From IMG/VR virus record IMGVR_UViG_3300033067_002211, positions 1-25,858 of that record: 25,858 nt of DNA. One strand, given 5' to 3'. The notes beneath the pieces are model-generated. The model did no database searches. It saw nothing but the letters and a program-made list of their open reading frames with translations, and was not told the DNA's origin. Both the position numbers and the translations under genes were made by a program. The stretch is from a virus. Taxonomy: Duplodnaviria; Caudoviricetes. Of the stretch, positions 24,447 to 25,858 are shown piece after piece. Position 1 is the stretch's first letter. Every line of letters starts with the position of its first letter.

Positions 24447-25112
24447 TCAATATTTCAATAGTTTGAACCTGGACAACAGCTTTTCGTAGTTGGCCTCTTT
24501 GCCGACGTTGTCGCTGTAGCCCGAGCGCTGCAACGCGAAGAACTCCTCTGCCACCCACGCCCTGAGACCGAGACCGCCATGCTCCGTCGGTCTCGCGCAC
24601 AGCCTGTCGACGTGGAACACCGAAGACTTGAAGTCGTGCTCCAGCACCGCTCGCATCGCCATGTCGGTCCACAGGCAGAAGTGAGTGGATGAGAACTCTT
24701 TCGTCCGGAGCCAACCGGAGACGCCTGACGCGTCCAAACCCGCCGACGTATACACAGCGCCAGAAAGTATGTCCCAGTCGCCCTGGTGAGCCCACGCGCG
24801 CTCAAGTAGCGAATCCGCGTACTCCCTGGCTTTTGGTGAAGGGAAGTAGCAGTCGTCCTCCATCACGAGCGCGTGTCGCTGGCCCCTCTCCAGCGCCAGC
24901 CTAAACGCCTTCTGGAACGACATGCCTATGCAGGCCCTCGGCTCCACCCGTTGGTCATGGAACGAGCCTGGGTGGAGCGCCTCCACCGCCTCCACCGTAT
25001 TTCTGCCTGAAAAGAAGAGGCTGGAGTCGCGCCTAAACGACTCCAGCCTGTCTGACCTGTGTGGCAGGTTTATCACGTACGCAGGGACGTCGTCCCACGT
25101 CAGCTTAGTCAA
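24447..25112 (-). CDS. Glycosyltransferase, GT25-like, 221 aa
   Basis: YVINLPHRSDR, ALVMEDD, WDIL, STH and ALQRSGYSD motifs; TTG start overlaps the upstream TGA. Confidence 0.85.
   Translation of the reverse strand: MTKLTWDDVPAYVINLPHRSDRLESFRRDSSLFFSGRNTVEAVEALHPGSFHDQRVEPRACIGMSFQKAFRLALERGQRHALVMEDDCYFPSPKAREYADSLLERAWAHQGDWDILSGAVYTSAGLDASGVSGWLRTKEFSSTHFCLWTDMAMRAVLEHDFKSSVFHVDRLCARPTEHGGLGLRAWVAEEFFALQRSGYSDNVGKEANYEKLLSRFKLLKY
25018..25049 (-). terminator. Intragenic terminator-like hairpin
   Basis: Perfect 12-bp inverted repeat AGGCTGGAGTCG / CGACTCCAGCCT with an 8-nt loop, followed on the - strand by CTTCTTTTC. Confidence 0.45.
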
Positions 25113-25834
25113 AGCCCGAATCCCCCTGCCAACCTAAGGTTGTAGTTCTCCCTGTCGGCACCGGACACCGCGTCGTTGCGCCTGTAGAGCTCGTCCCACG
25201 CAGCTCGCTGGTCCCTCATCGGGTGCGCGTGCCTGAACAGCACCTCCGCCATGGTCATCTCCTTGCCCAGCAGCCTTGACACGCGCATGAACTCGTTGTC
25301 GGCGTACCAGCTGCTGTACGAAGGGTGGTAGACGTACCCGAACCTGTCGTACCAGTCGCGCCCGAATATGGGCAGCGTGTTGAGCCTGGGGAACGTGTAG
25401 CCGTCGCTCGTCATGAGCACCGCGTCGCTGGTCTCTGCGAACGCGCCGGTCAGCTTCATGTCCCACCCGTCAGCCTCGCAAACGAAGTCGTCGCTCAGCG
25501 CAACGCACACCCTCCACCCGCCAGTGTACGTAGACACTGACTGGTTGACGGCGTTCACCTTGGTCTGCTCCTCGGCGGTGGACACCCAAAGCGAGCAACC
25601 CAGCTCCGCAGACAGCGCCATGTACTCGTCTATGGCCGGGTCGTCGTGGTCCACCAGCATGTGGTAGGCAACCCTCGCCTCGGAGGCAGTCGACAGTCCG
25701 AGCGCCGACCTCCTCTGCGCCTCCGACACGGTGCGAGCCGCCAGCTCCGGCCTCTGCCTGGTGGCCAGGGCGACAAGCACCTGAGCGTCGAAGTGTACAG
25801 GGTTTACCTTTTCCACTTTTTCCACTTTTTCCAC
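25109..25834 (-). CDS. GT-A fold (GT2-like) glycosyltransferase, about 241 aa
   Basis: ATRQRP, LVDHDDP, KVNAVN, SDDF (DxD-like), TLPIFGR, YADNEF and HAHP motifs. The frame is open to the window edge, so the start is uncertain. Confidence 0.8.
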   Translation of the reverse strand: MEKVEKVEKVNPVHFDAQVLVALATRQRPELAARTVSEAQRRSALGLSTASEARVAYHMLVDHDDPAIDEYMALSAELGCSLWVSTAEEQTKVNAVNQSVSTYTGGWRVCVALSDDFVCEADGWDMKLTGAFAETSDAVLMTSDGYTFPRLNTLPIFGRDWYDRFGYVYHPSYSSWYADNEFMRVSRLLGKEMTMAEVLFRHAHPMRDQRAAWDELYRRNDAVSGADRENYNLRLAGGFGL

Positions 25835-25858
25835 CTTTACAGTTTTTAAGTTTTTAGT

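Noticed and set aside
1-25858. Stop-codon reassignment, since TAG ends only one called gene
   Set aside because: All genes are intact under code 11 and coding density is high; no genes are broken by in-frame TAG or TGA.
1-25858. tRNA, rRNA, intron or intein
   Set aside because: Intergenic gaps are too short, and terL, portal and capsid have normal lengths with no splicing motifs seen.

Overview
The window is a contiguous piece of a tailed dsDNA phage genome, probably a siphovirus. A Bacteroidota host is likely, from the A-rich leaders without Shine-Dalgarno sites, a TAnnTTTG element and an AxA-Q signal peptide. The + strand carries almost the whole morphogenesis region in a permuted order: terS, terL, tail assembly chaperone (with a -1 frameshift at GTTTTTTTTT), tail-terminator-like/fibre fusion, low-GC tandem lectin-like module, neck protein, two tail-tip proteins, C1q-like fibre, tape measure, protease/scaffold, major capsid, tail tube, portal, head-tail adaptor and holin. 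These are followed by a PolB-type 3'-5' exonuclease and a signal-peptide protein. The - strand carries a free-standing HNH-AP2 endonuclease and, at the right end, two glycosyltransferases plus a small ORF. The most notable signals beyond the gene list are a six-copy GCGTAT(A/T)T(A/T) putative late promoter (often leaderless), near-total GATC avoidance with the only site in an AT-rich insert, a low-GC fibre-tip cassette bounded by GATAATGG direct repeats, a probable nested scaffold start, and a terminator-like hairpin inside a glycosyltransferase gene. All protein calls rest on motif recognition by eye; no database search was run.
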